From assembly GCA_963739245.1 (NCBI GenBank), contig CAVTZP010000005.1, positions 153,314 through 217,313 of the forward strand: a stretch of 64,000 bases of DNA. The letters run 5' to 3'. The notes beneath the pieces were generated by a model. The model did no database searches. It saw only the letters and a list, made by a program, of their open reading frames with translations, and was not told the origin of the DNA. Position numbers and translations under genes: made by a program. Each line of letters opens with the position of its first letter. The first letter of the stretch is position 1. This document shows, in pieces, positions 27,285 through 35,767 of the stretch. This DNA comes from an uncultured delta proteobacterium (GTDB lineage: Bacteria; Chloroflexota; Dehalococcoidia; Dehalococcoidales; BS750m-G39).

Positions 27285-27431
27285 TCCACCATACCTCCCA
27301 TACTCTTACCATACTGCCATTTCAGCAATTCGTATTGTACTTTGTAAATTGCATTATATCATTTCACTTAAACAAGTTAAATGTTACGTTGCTATCTAAT
27401 CCTCAGACTACCTCCTGTATCCCATCGATAT

Positions 27432-27489
27432 TCAGGTTTGTTCTCCCTTGCTGCCTTCTTCCTCAAGCTGCTCCATAATGCGGGCGGCC
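27432..27489 (-). pseudogene. Orphan diverged copy of the ftsK 3' terminus (last ~19 codons plus stop)
   Basis: On the minus strand it reads KAARIMEQLEEEGSKGEQT*, against RAARIMEQLEEEIEREKGEGGVRG* in ftsK. The 29-nt core at 27461-27489 is identical to 27975-28003. Confidence 0.7.
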
Positions 27490-27882
27490 TTATTTACGCC
27501 GGCGTCTAGCTGGCTTCCGGGCTGAGAACTCCGGCTTGGCCATAGTAACGAAAATGATTCCTGGTATGCCACAGGGGAAGAAGGTCACTGTACCGGCTAT
27601 AGCCCCGGCCAAAGCTAGGCCCCATAGCTTTTTCTTCAGGGCGAAAACGCCACCAACTATTCCGAGTACGCCGACAAGCAAAAAGAATATGCCGAAAGCA
27701 GAATAGAAAATCATTATGAGAGTGAAGAATCCGGGAGGGGGTGTGGAGGGGTAGTAATGGTATGGCATACTGAACATGTATCTCATCATGAGGATTGCGA
27801 ATACCGCCCAAGCTAACCAGAGAACACCAAAGGCGCCGGCAATGATGGTTAAAATTCCTCCTGTTTTGGCATGATTCTCCAT
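27490..27882 (-). CDS. Small integral membrane protein (4 TM)
   Basis: Hydrophobic 130-aa ORF with a basic tail KPARRRRK. No recognised family. Confidence 0.6.
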   Translation of the reverse strand: MENHAKTGGILTIIAGAFGVLWLAWAVFAILMMRYMFSMPYHYYPSTPPPGFFTLIMIFYSAFGIFFLLVGVLGIVGGVFALKKKLWGLALAGAIAGTVTFFPCGIPGIIFVTMAKPEFSARKPARRRRK

Positions 27883-27930
27883 GGCTCCACCTCCTTAGTC
27901 AGTTATTCACGGTTAGGCCGGTATTTTTAA

Positions 27931-30030
27931 TCAGCCGCGGACTCCCCCTTCCCCCTTCTCCCTCTCTATCTCCTCCTCAAGCTGCTCCATAATGCGGGCG
28001 GCCCGGGGATAGCCGATGCGCAACCGCCGCTGCAGAAAAGAGGTGGAGATGTGCCTGGACTCCTTCGCCAGCTGCCTGGCGGCGTCCAGAAGCGGGTCAT
28101 CGGGGAAGCCTCCCCTTCCGGCACCGGTCAGAGATGAGGCAAGCTCCTCAATTCTCATCGGCGCTAACTCTTCCCTGTGCTGGCTACTCCAGAAGTAGAC
28201 CAGCCTTTCCCTCTCGGCATCAGAGACATAGCAACCCTGAAGGCGCTTGGGCTTAGCCGCCTCAGTCGGCATATAGAGCATATCCCCCCGCCCCAGTAGC
28301 TTTTCGGCACCCCCCATGTCAAGGATGGTGCGTGAATCAACCTGGGAGGTTACAGCAAAGCTAATGCGGGTGGGGAAGTTAGCCTTAATCAGTCCCGTGA
28401 CCACGTCTACCGATGGTCGCTGGGTAGCCACGATGAGATGAATGCCAACCGCCCGGGCAAGCTGGGCCAGGCGGCACAGGGTATGCTCCACTTCATCAAA
28501 GCCAGCCATCATTAAATCGGCAAGCTCATCAATAATAAGTACCAGGTAAGGGAGCTTCTCATCCCCCTCCCGGCTTTTATTGTAACCCTCAATGTTGCGG
28601 GCACCGACAGTAGCCAGTGTCTGATACCGCTTATCCATTTCCTGGTTGAGCCAGCGCAGTATACTTATGGCTTTCTGGGTATCAACTATAACCGGCGTCG
28701 CCAGGTGAGGTATGCCGTTGAACACGGTCAACTCCACCCGCTTCGGGTCAATCATAATGAACTTAACATCATTGGGCGTGTTATGTGCCATGAGGCAGCA
28801 GATGGTGGAGCTTAGGCAAACGGTCTTGCCACTCCCCGTTGCCCCGGCGATAAGCAGGTGGGGCATTCGGGATAGGTCGCCAGACACCGCCTCGCCCCCC
28901 GCCCCTTTGCCCAATGCCAGAGCCAGCTTAGACTTGGACTTTAGTTTCTGAAAAGAGTTGGTTTCTATTACCCCGCGCAGACTGACCAGACCTAAAACGG
29001 TATTGGGCACTTCAATCCCCACCATCGATTTGCCTGGAACCGGGGCTTCAATCCTGATGCTGGGCGCTGCCAGAGCCAGAGCCAGGTCATTGGCTAGAGA
29101 GGTAATCCTCTCCACCTTGACCCTGGTCTTGGACACCTCTTCCAACCTTATTTTGATATCCCCATCCTTATCCCTTTCCCTTATCTCCCTCGTCTTCCTA
29201 TCCCAGCCCGGCTCGACACCAAACTGGGTGACTGTTGGTCCGGCGTTTATCTGCACCACCTTAGTCTCAACACCATAGCTAGTTAATGCCTCTTCAATCA
29301 GCTTGGCTCTCTGCATGTTATCCGCCTGACCAAACTCAATCTCAGGAGTGGTATCCAGAATATCAATTGGCGGTAACCGCCAGCCATCAACGGTGACCAA
29401 TGTCGGCGATTCGCCATATTTCTTCCACACCTCCTGGGCTACCTGCTTAAGTTCCTGCTGAGCCGGGTTAGGGGTAAGCACCGGCGTCACCGCCTCCTCA
29501 GGTGTTGTTAAAGAGGGTGGTAGCGGCTTTTCCATGGTAGGTTCAATATAAGTAACCGGTTGGGGAGGACGCTTCTTAAGCTGTTCCCTCATCCAGGAAA
29601 AGAACCCAACTAGAAGGCGCAGGCAGGCGCCAGGGGCAACTAAAATAATGCCTAGAATCCCCAGCCCCAAAAGCCGGAGGGCACCGAGAAAAACGTCAGT
29701 GCCGATAATAGCCTCACCAAACTTACCCCCCAGCCCCCAGACAGCCATTATCCCCCAGGCCATAAAGGTGAAGGCAATGCCAGCAAGGCACTGGTTCCAG
29801 TGGTAGATAGCGGCTAGGAGCTTGTGCCGCCACACCACCACCACCAGGGTGCCAAAGGCAATAACGAGAAAGATAAACCCCCAGCCAAAGAGGGAAGTAA
29901 TATTCTTCCATTGCCAGGATACCACGGCGGCGATAATGGCGAGGAGTATAAGCCACCGCACCGGTGGCAGACTTATGAAGTGGGAAAACTGCTTCCACCC
30001 TGATTTTCCCCCCGTCTTCTTCTTAGCCAT
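27931..30030 (-). CDS. ftsK: DNA translocase FtsK/SpoIIIE
   Basis: N-terminal TM domain, Walker A GATGSGKT, Walker B LVLIIDELADL and a gamma winged-helix domain at the C-terminus. Confidence 0.9.
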   Translation of the reverse strand: MAKKKTGGKSGWKQFSHFISLPPVRWLILLAIIAAVVSWQWKNITSLFGWGFIFLVIAFGTLVVVVWRHKLLAAIYHWNQCLAGIAFTFMAWGIMAVWGLGGKFGEAIIGTDVFLGALRLLGLGILGIILVAPGACLRLLVGFFSWMREQLKKRPPQPVTYIEPTMEKPLPPSLTTPEEAVTPVLTPNPAQQELKQVAQEVWKKYGESPTLVTVDGWRLPPIDILDTTPEIEFGQADNMQRAKLIEEALTSYGVETKVVQINAGPTVTQFGVEPGWDRKTREIRERDKDGDIKIRLEEVSKTRVKVERITSLANDLALALAAPSIRIEAPVPGKSMVGIEVPNTVLGLVSLRGVIETNSFQKLKSKSKLALALGKGAGGEAVSGDLSRMPHLLIAGATGSGKTVCLSSTICCLMAHNTPNDVKFIMIDPKRVELTVFNGIPHLATPVIVDTQKAISILRWLNQEMDKRYQTLATVGARNIEGYNKSREGDEKLPYLVLIIDELADLMMAGFDEVEHTLCRLAQLARAVGIHLIVATQRPSVDVVTGLIKANFPTRISFAVTSQVDSRTILDMGGAEKLLGRGDMLYMPTEAAKPKRLQGCYVSDAERERLVYFWSSQHREELAPMRIEELASSLTGAGRGGFPDDPLLDAARQLAKESRHISTSFLQRRLRIGYPRAARIMEQLEEEIEREKGEGGVRG

Positions 30031-30038
30031 ATAATCCC

Positions 30039-31703
30039 TTACACCTTCACCATAACCGGAAGAATCATAGGATGGCGCTTGGTCTGCTCATAGTAAAATT
30101 TATTTAATACGTCCCTGACCTTGCTGTAGATAAAGCCCCAGTCGGAGGGGTGGCTGCCGCTACGGTCTAAGGCTCGAGCCACCAGGTCACGGCTTTCCTC
30201 TATCATATCCTTATCCTTGGCCTCCCCGGGCTCAACAAAGCCCCGTGAAACAATATCGGGGCGCCCCACCAGTTTGCCGGTTTGTCGGTTAAGGGTGATG
30301 ATCACCATCACCACCCCATCCCGCGATAGCATCCTCCGGTCACGAAGGACAACGCTGCCAATATCACCCACGCTCAGACCGTCAACATAGACATTGCCCG
30401 AGCTGACCTTGCCTGTTTTCCTTCCCCCCTGCGGGCTGAGCTCAAGGACATCGCCGTCTTCCAGCAGGAAGGTATTCTTCTCCGGCATGCCCAGAGACTG
30501 AGCTAGCTTAGCATGAAGGCTCAGGTGGCGATATTCGCCGTGGATAGGCATAAAGAACCTCGGCTTGACCAAATTTATCAGTAGTTTTAGCTCTTCCTGG
30601 CTGCCGTGCCCGTGGACATGGACCGGCGCCACCTTATCATAGAGGACCTGAGCCCCCTGCTTGAAAAGGTTATCCACCGTCTGGTTGATTAGCGATTCGT
30701 TGCCCGGGACGGCGGTTGCGGAAAGGACTACGGTGTCGCCGCGTATGATGTGAACCTGACGATGGTCTCGGTTGGCGATTCTAACCAGGGCTGAGGTTGG
30801 TTCCCCCTGGCTGCCGGTAGTAATAAGGACAACCCGATTGTTAGGCAAACCTTTGAGTTCATCAAGCCGAGCCAGTATGCCGTCAGGCGCCTTCAGGTAG
30901 CCCCACTCTAAAGCCATGTTCACAATATCGGTCATACTCCGCCCGACGATAGAGACACGGCGCTGGTGCTTGGCTGCCGAATCAATAACCTGCTGGATGC
31001 GGGAGACCAGCGAGGAGAAGGTAGTCACAATCACCCTCCCCGGTGCCTCCGCCATGACCCGGTCCAGCGTCTCGCCGACCACCCTCTCTGAGGGGGTATA
31101 GCCGGGAAGCTCGGCATAAGTGGAGTCTGATAACAAAAGTAGCACTCCTTGTGCCCCGAGTTGAGCCAGCCGGGAAAGGTTGGTTGGTTTCCCATCAACC
31201 GGCGTATAGTCAAGCTTGAAATCTCCACTGTGAATGATAGTGCCGATGGGGGTGGATATTATTAGGCCGGCGGCATCGGGTATACTGTGGCAAACGGGGA
31301 AGAACTCAACCCTGAATCTTCCCAGTGTGACCTGATTGCCGAAAGGTACGACCTTTAGATTCGCCCCGGCCAGTGCCTTTCTTTCCTTGAGCTTTACCGA
31401 GATGAGTCCTTCGGTAAGCTTGGTGGCATAGACCGGCACATTAAGCTGGGGCAATAGATAGGGCAAAGCGCCAACATGATCCTCATGGCCGTGGGTGATA
31501 ACGATGCCCCTTATCTTCTCCCGGTTCTCCAAAAGGTAGCTGATATCAGGGATTACCAGGTCAATACCCAGCATCTCCTCCCCGGGGAACATGAGTCCGG
31601 CATCAACGATGACGATGTCGTTTTCATACTCAATCGCCATCATATTCTTGCCAATCTCACCTAGTCCCCCGAGGGGTATTATTCTTAGTTTTGATTTAAT
31701 CAT
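30039..31703 (-). CDS. rnj: Ribonuclease J
   Basis: Beta-lactamase/beta-CASP motifs (ITHGHEDHVGALP, ...HGHGSQEEL). Confidence 0.9.
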   Translation of the reverse strand: MIKSKLRIIPLGGLGEIGKNMMAIEYENDIVIVDAGLMFPGEEMLGIDLVIPDISYLLENREKIRGIVITHGHEDHVGALPYLLPQLNVPVYATKLTEGLISVKLKERKALAGANLKVVPFGNQVTLGRFRVEFFPVCHSIPDAAGLIISTPIGTIIHSGDFKLDYTPVDGKPTNLSRLAQLGAQGVLLLLSDSTYAELPGYTPSERVVGETLDRVMAEAPGRVIVTTFSSLVSRIQQVIDSAAKHQRRVSIVGRSMTDIVNMALEWGYLKAPDGILARLDELKGLPNNRVVLITTGSQGEPTSALVRIANRDHRQVHIIRGDTVVLSATAVPGNESLINQTVDNLFKQGAQVLYDKVAPVHVHGHGSQEELKLLINLVKPRFFMPIHGEYRHLSLHAKLAQSLGMPEKNTFLLEDGDVLELSPQGGRKTGKVSSGNVYVDGLSVGDIGSVVLRDRRMLSRDGVVMVIITLNRQTGKLVGRPDIVSRGFVEPGEAKDKDMIEESRDLVARALDRSGSHPSDWGFIYSKVRDVLNKFYYEQTKRHPMILPVMVKV

Positions 31704-31714
31704 AATTCTTTCAC

Positions 31715-32311
31715 CTAGAACATACTTAACTGTTGTGGTTGTTTTTCCTCTTCTTTAATATTTTCTGCCTTGGCCAGTAGTGGGGGGATTTTAAGCATAT
31801 CCTCTTCTATGGCTTGGCGGAGACTCTGCTGGTGGAGAGCCGCTGCCGGGTGATACATGGCGTAGTAGATAGTATCACCCTGCTTTTGCGCTGTGCCATG
31901 GATTTTGCTTATGCTCTTGCCGGGGAAGAACATCGCCATGGAGTAGCGCCCCAGGGTTACAATCATTTTAGGGTGAATGAGTTCAATCTGGCGCTCCAGC
32001 CACTGGCGGCAGTTTTGGATTTCCGTAGGTAGTGGGTCGCGGTTTGCCGTGGGGCGGCACTTAATGACATTGGCGATATAGACCTGTTCCCGCCTCAAGC
32101 CGATAGAAGCCAGTAATTCATCTAGGAATTTCCCCGCCGGTCCGACAAAAGGACGCCCCAGTTGGTCTTCGTGCCAGCCGGGTGCCTCACCGATAAACAT
32201 TATCCTGGCGTCCTCCGCCCCCTCACCAGGCACCACCTTATTTCGATATTTGGCTATCTCACACTGCTGGCACAGGGCAATCTCTTGATAAAGCTCGCTT
32301 AGAGCTGACAT
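31715..32311 (-). CDS. Uracil-DNA glycosylase, family 4
   Basis: CxxC cluster (CQQCEI), GEAPGWHEDQLGRPFVGPAG and HPAAAL. Confidence 0.85.
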   Translation of the reverse strand: MSALSELYQEIALCQQCEIAKYRNKVVPGEGAEDARIMFIGEAPGWHEDQLGRPFVGPAGKFLDELLASIGLRREQVYIANVIKCRPTANRDPLPTEIQNCRQWLERQIELIHPKMIVTLGRYSMAMFFPGKSISKIHGTAQKQGDTIYYAMYHPAAALHQQSLRQAIEEDMLKIPPLLAKAENIKEEEKQPQQLSMF

Positions 32312-32358
32312 ATTAGCTTGCCTTTTGATTATAATAACATTTTAAGGGGTCTTTTAGC

Positions 32359-32515
32359 AACCTATCCCCCTCTCTAAAATCTCTTTCCCTTTGTTGATGA
32401 GCCTAACTCAATGGGGTGTTTAAGAGGGGCGCTAGCCCCTCTTCTATAAATACCTTCCCCCTCTCCTTGCCAAGGAGAGGGGGATACAGGGGGTGAGGTT
32501 AATAAATAATCTCTT
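32359..32515. repeat. Composite GC-rich hairpin element, copy B
   Basis: AACCTATCCCCC at 32359-32370. Hairpins AAGAGGGGC/GCCCCTCTT at 32422-32443 and CCCCCTCTCCTT/AAGGAGAGGGGG at 32457-32483. Tail GGGGGTGAGGTTAATAAATAATCTC at 32489-32513. Confidence 0.8.
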
Positions 32516-32563
32516 TGTTGACACTAAAAGAGCACAGTTGTAGACTTGAGCAAAAGGAGGAAA

Positions 32564-33808
32564 ATGGACTTCTTACGCAAAATTGACCCAGAAATTAGCC
32601 GTGCCCTCGATCTGGAGGCAAAGCGGCAAAAAGAAACAATAAATCTTATCGCCTCGGAGAACTATGCCAGCCGGGCGGTGCTTGAAGCAGAAGGCTCCTT
32701 TCTGATTAACAAGTATGCTGAGGGTTACCCCTCGCAGCGCTACTACGGTGGCTGCGAAAATATAGACATAGTGGAAGACCTGGCTATCCGGCGGGCAAAG
32801 GAGCTGTTCCATGCCGAGCACGCCAATGTCCAGCCCCACAGTGGAGCTCAGGCTAATATGGCAGCATACTATGCCCTGCTGGAATATGGTGACACGGTCA
32901 TGGGTATGAGCCTGGCTCACGGTGGTCACCTCACTCACGGTGATAAGGTAAGTTTCTCCGGTAAGTCCTATAATTTTATCCTTTATGGGGTTAGCCGGGA
33001 GACAGAAAGGATTGACTATCAAGAGGTAGAGAGGCTGGCCATAAAGCACAAGCCAAAGCTGATTGTGGCTGGAGCCAGTGCCTACCCCAGGATTATTGAC
33101 TTTGAGCGTTTCCGGCATATCGCTGATCTGGTGGGAGCCAAACTTATGGTTGATATGGCTCACGTCGCTGGTTTGGTGGCGGTAGGTCTTCATCCCACCC
33201 CCATCCCCTACGCCAGTGTCGTAACTGCCACCACGCATAAGACGCTGCGCGGTCCGCGAAGCGGGTTCATCCTTTCCCGAGGAGAGCTGGCATCGGCAAT
33301 AGATGAGGCTGTCTTCCCCAGGATGCAGGGGGGGCCGCTGATGCACGCTATCGCCGCTAAAGCGGTATGTTTTTATGAGGCGATGCAGCCTAGCTTCACT
33401 GACTATCAACGCTCAACCCTTGATAACGCCCAGGCTTTAGCCAGTGAGCTCCAGCGACTGGGTTTGCGCTTAATCTCAGGTGGAACCGATAACCATCTCA
33501 TTTTGGTTGACCTCACCGGCGCCGGTGTCAGTGGAAAAGAAGCCGAGGAGTGTTTGGGCGCAGTCGGCATTGTGGTTAATCGTAACACCATCCCCTTTGA
33601 CTCACAGCCGCCGCGGGTAACCAGTGGCATCAGGCTGGGCACACCGGCAGTGACCACGCGGGGCTTCACCGTTGCGGAAATGAAGCGCATTGCCTCGCTG
33701 ATGGTAAAAGTAATCACCAATATCGGCGACACCAGTATTCAGAAACAGGCGAAGGAGGAAGTCGGCGAGATTTGCTCTCGCTTTCCCGTGCCCGGCATCG
33801 ATGACTGA
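32564..33808 (+). CDS. glyA: Serine hydroxymethyltransferase
   Basis: LIASENY, the PLP-lysine context [11 protein letters not shown], and the ATG at 32564 after AAGGAGG. Confidence 0.95.
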   Translation: MDFLRKIDPEISRALDLEAKRQKETINLIASENYASRAVLEAEGSFLINKYAEGYPSQRYYGGCENIDIVEDLAIRRAKELFHAEHANVQPHSGAQANMAAYYALLEYGDTVMGMSLAHGGHLTHGDKVSFSGKSYNFILYGVSRETERIDYQEVERLAIKHKPKLIVAGASAYPRIIDFERFRHIADLVGAKLMVDMAHVAGLVAVGLHPTPIPYASVVTATTHKTLRGPRSGFILSRGELASAIDEAVFPRMQGGPLMHAIAAKAVCFYEAMQPSFTDYQRSTLDNAQALASELQRLGLRLISGGTDNHLILVDLTGAGVSGKEAEECLGAVGIVVNRNTIPFDSQPPRVTSGIRLGTPAVTTRGFTVAEMKRIASLMVKVITNIGDTSIQKQAKEEVGEICSRFPVPGIDD

Positions 33809-33819
33809 TATTAATTAGC

Positions 33820-33974
33820 AACCCCATCCTCTTTATCCCCTTCCCCTTGTCAAGGGGAAGGGGAAGGTTTTTTTCTGAAGAGGGACTTCGTCCCTCTTAA
33901 ACTCCCTATGGTGTATTTGGGGCTGGCGCCCCTTCTAATCCCTCTACCAAATACCACAGGAAGGGGGTGAGGTT
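33820..33974. repeat. Composite GC-rich hairpin element, copy C
   Basis: Hairpins CCCCTTCCCCTT/AAGGGGAAGGGG at 33837-33863 and AAGAGGGA/TCCCTCTT at 33878-33898. Tail GGGGGTGAGGTT at 33963-33974. Confidence 0.7.
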
Positions 33975-34021
33975 GACGACCAATAGTGCTATAATAAGTT
34001 TGTTTAGGAGGAGGTATTTTA

Positions 34022-34813
34022 GTGGCTGATACTGTTATTCTTAAGAAAGAAGGCTATGTTACTGTAATCACGCTAAGTCGCCCTGAGCGGCTAAATGCTT
34101 TTAATCGCCAGATGGAGGAGGAGCTGATAGAAGCCTTAACTAGTGTCCATGAGGACAAGGATGTCAGGGTCCTGGTGCTAACCGGTGCCGGCCGTGCTTT
34201 TTGTAGCGGTGGCGATGTCAGCGAGAATATGGCTGAGGAGTACGGAGGTACTGCCCAGAAAGTAAGTGATACCTTTCACCATATCTACAACGGGATAATT
34301 CTTCGGCTATTTAACCTGGATATACCGACAATCGGCATGATAAATGGCGTGGCTGTTGGCTTGGGATTTGACCTGGCTCTGGCCTGTGACATCAGGATAG
34401 GCTCGGAGGATGCCCGATTTATGGTAGGGTTTACTAAGATGGGGCTGACGCCGGCGGCGGGGGGAGCCTGGTTTATGCCGCGGCTAATGGGGCTAGCCAA
34501 AGCCATTGAGTATATCTATACTGCTGATTTTCTGGAGGCGGAAGAGGCATTAAGGCTGGGGGTGCTGAATAAGCTGGTACCAGCCGCGGTGCTGGAGCAG
34601 GAAACCATGGCGCTGGCGCGGAAAATTGGGGAAAATTCCCCACTAGCTAACAGGCTGGCTAAACTCCAGGTACACAAAGGACTAAATAGCGACCTGGGAA
34701 CAGCCTTGGAACTGGGGAGTACTTGCCAAGCTATATGTCTAACCTCGGAGGAGACTCGCGAAGCTCTAATCGCCTTCCGCGATAAGAGAAAACCTGTATT
34801 TAAAGGGAGGTAG
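34022..34813 (+). CDS. Enoyl-CoA hydratase/isomerase family protein
   Basis: Crotonase fold motifs (VLVLTGAGRAFCSGGD, NGVAVGLGFDLALACD). GTG start after AGGAGGAGG. Confidence 0.85.
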   Translation: MADTVILKKEGYVTVITLSRPERLNAFNRQMEEELIEALTSVHEDKDVRVLVLTGAGRAFCSGGDVSENMAEEYGGTAQKVSDTFHHIYNGIILRLFNLDIPTIGMINGVAVGLGFDLALACDIRIGSEDARFMVGFTKMGLTPAAGGAWFMPRLMGLAKAIEYIYTADFLEAEEALRLGVLNKLVPAAVLEQETMALARKIGENSPLANRLAKLQVHKGLNSDLGTALELGSTCQAICLTSEETREALIAFRDKRKPVFKGR

Positions 34814-34819
34814 TTCTTG

Positions 34820-35764
34820 ATGGATGAACTGAAGGTATTTAGTGGTAATGCGCATCCGGCTCTGGCCCAGGCGGTTGCTGAATATCTGGACACACCTTTG
34901 GGTAAGTGCGAGGTCTTTGAGTTCAGTAATGAGAATATTTTTGTCCGCATTCTGGAGAACGTTCGCCAAAGGGATGTCTTCGTTATTCAGCCCCTGTGCT
35001 CACCAGTCAATAAGAATCTGGTTGAGCTACTTATTATGCTTGATGCCCTGAAGAGGGCTTCGGCGGGGCGGATTACTGCCGTCGTCCCTTACTACGGTTA
35101 TGGTCGCACCGATAAGAAAGACCAGCCCAGGGTGCCGATAACTGCTAGGCTGGTGGCTGACCTGCTCACGGTGGCGGGCGCCAATCGCTTGCTGACGGTG
35201 GATTTACATGCTGCCCAGATTCAGGGCTTCTTTAATATACCGGTTGACGAGCTGACCGCTCTATATCTATTTAGCAGCTACTTTAAAGATAGAGACTTTG
35301 ATGACCTGGTGGTAGTAGCTACCGATATTGGCATTACCAAGCGGGCGCGTGACCTGGCCGCCAAGCTCGATGCTCCCCTGGCGATTATGGAGAAGAGGCG
35401 AGTGGGTAATGTTGACCAGACTGAGACGCAAAACGTCATCGGTGAGGTGGAGGGCAGGGTGGCTCTTACTGTGGATGACGAGATAGATACCGCTGGCTCA
35501 CTGGTGGGCGTGGTCACGGCACTGGAGAAGCGGGGGGCCAAAGAGGTATACGCCTGCTGCACCCACCCCATATTCTCCGGACCGGCTATTCAGAGGATAG
35601 CCTCTTGCCCGGTGAAGGAGGTGGTAGTTACTGATACCGTTCCGGTCACCGGGAAGAAGAAAATGGATAAGATTACTGTCTTACCCATTGCCCCCTTACT
35701 TGGTGAAGCCATCCGCCGCATCCATACCGGGCTATCTATTGGCGCTATGTTTGAGCAGGGGTGA
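34820..35764 (+). CDS. prs: Ribose-phosphate pyrophosphokinase
   Basis: PYYGYGRTDKK, DLHAAQIQGFF and the PRPP loop VDDEIDTAGS. Confidence 0.95.
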   Translation: MDELKVFSGNAHPALAQAVAEYLDTPLGKCEVFEFSNENIFVRILENVRQRDVFVIQPLCSPVNKNLVELLIMLDALKRASAGRITAVVPYYGYGRTDKKDQPRVPITARLVADLLTVAGANRLLTVDLHAAQIQGFFNIPVDELTALYLFSSYFKDRDFDDLVVVATDIGITKRARDLAAKLDAPLAIMEKRRVGNVDQTETQNVIGEVEGRVALTVDDEIDTAGSLVGVVTALEKRGAKEVYACCTHPIFSGPAIQRIASCPVKEVVVTDTVPVTGKKKMDKITVLPIAPLLGEAIRRIHTGLSIGAMFEQG

Positions 35765-35767
35765 GCT

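Noticed and set aside
27506-27811. A 101-aa alternative-frame ORF inside the small membrane-protein gene.
   Set aside because: It is on the same strand and fully nested. Its translation is Arg/His/Pro-rich without hydrophobic periodicity. The 130-aa frame gives a coherent 4-TM protein.
32573-33409. A 278-aa ORF antisense to glyA, and many similar antisense or alternative-frame ORFs in the track (for example 223..729, 5230..5802, 9903..10385, 44224..44712, 47627..48094, 54645..55103, 55448..55966).
   Set aside because: Each lies entirely inside a well-supported conserved gene on the opposite strand. Their translations are low-complexity (Ser/Pro/Arg/Leu-rich) with no motifs. These are shadow ORFs typical of codon-biased genes.
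33963-33990. The element tail GGTTGACG…TATAAT as a ready-made promoter carried by the hairpin element.
   Set aside because: TTGACG and TATAAT are only 11 nt apart. Other copies place unrelated sequence after the tail. The orientation bias towards start codons is reported, but a promoter function is not supported by spacing.
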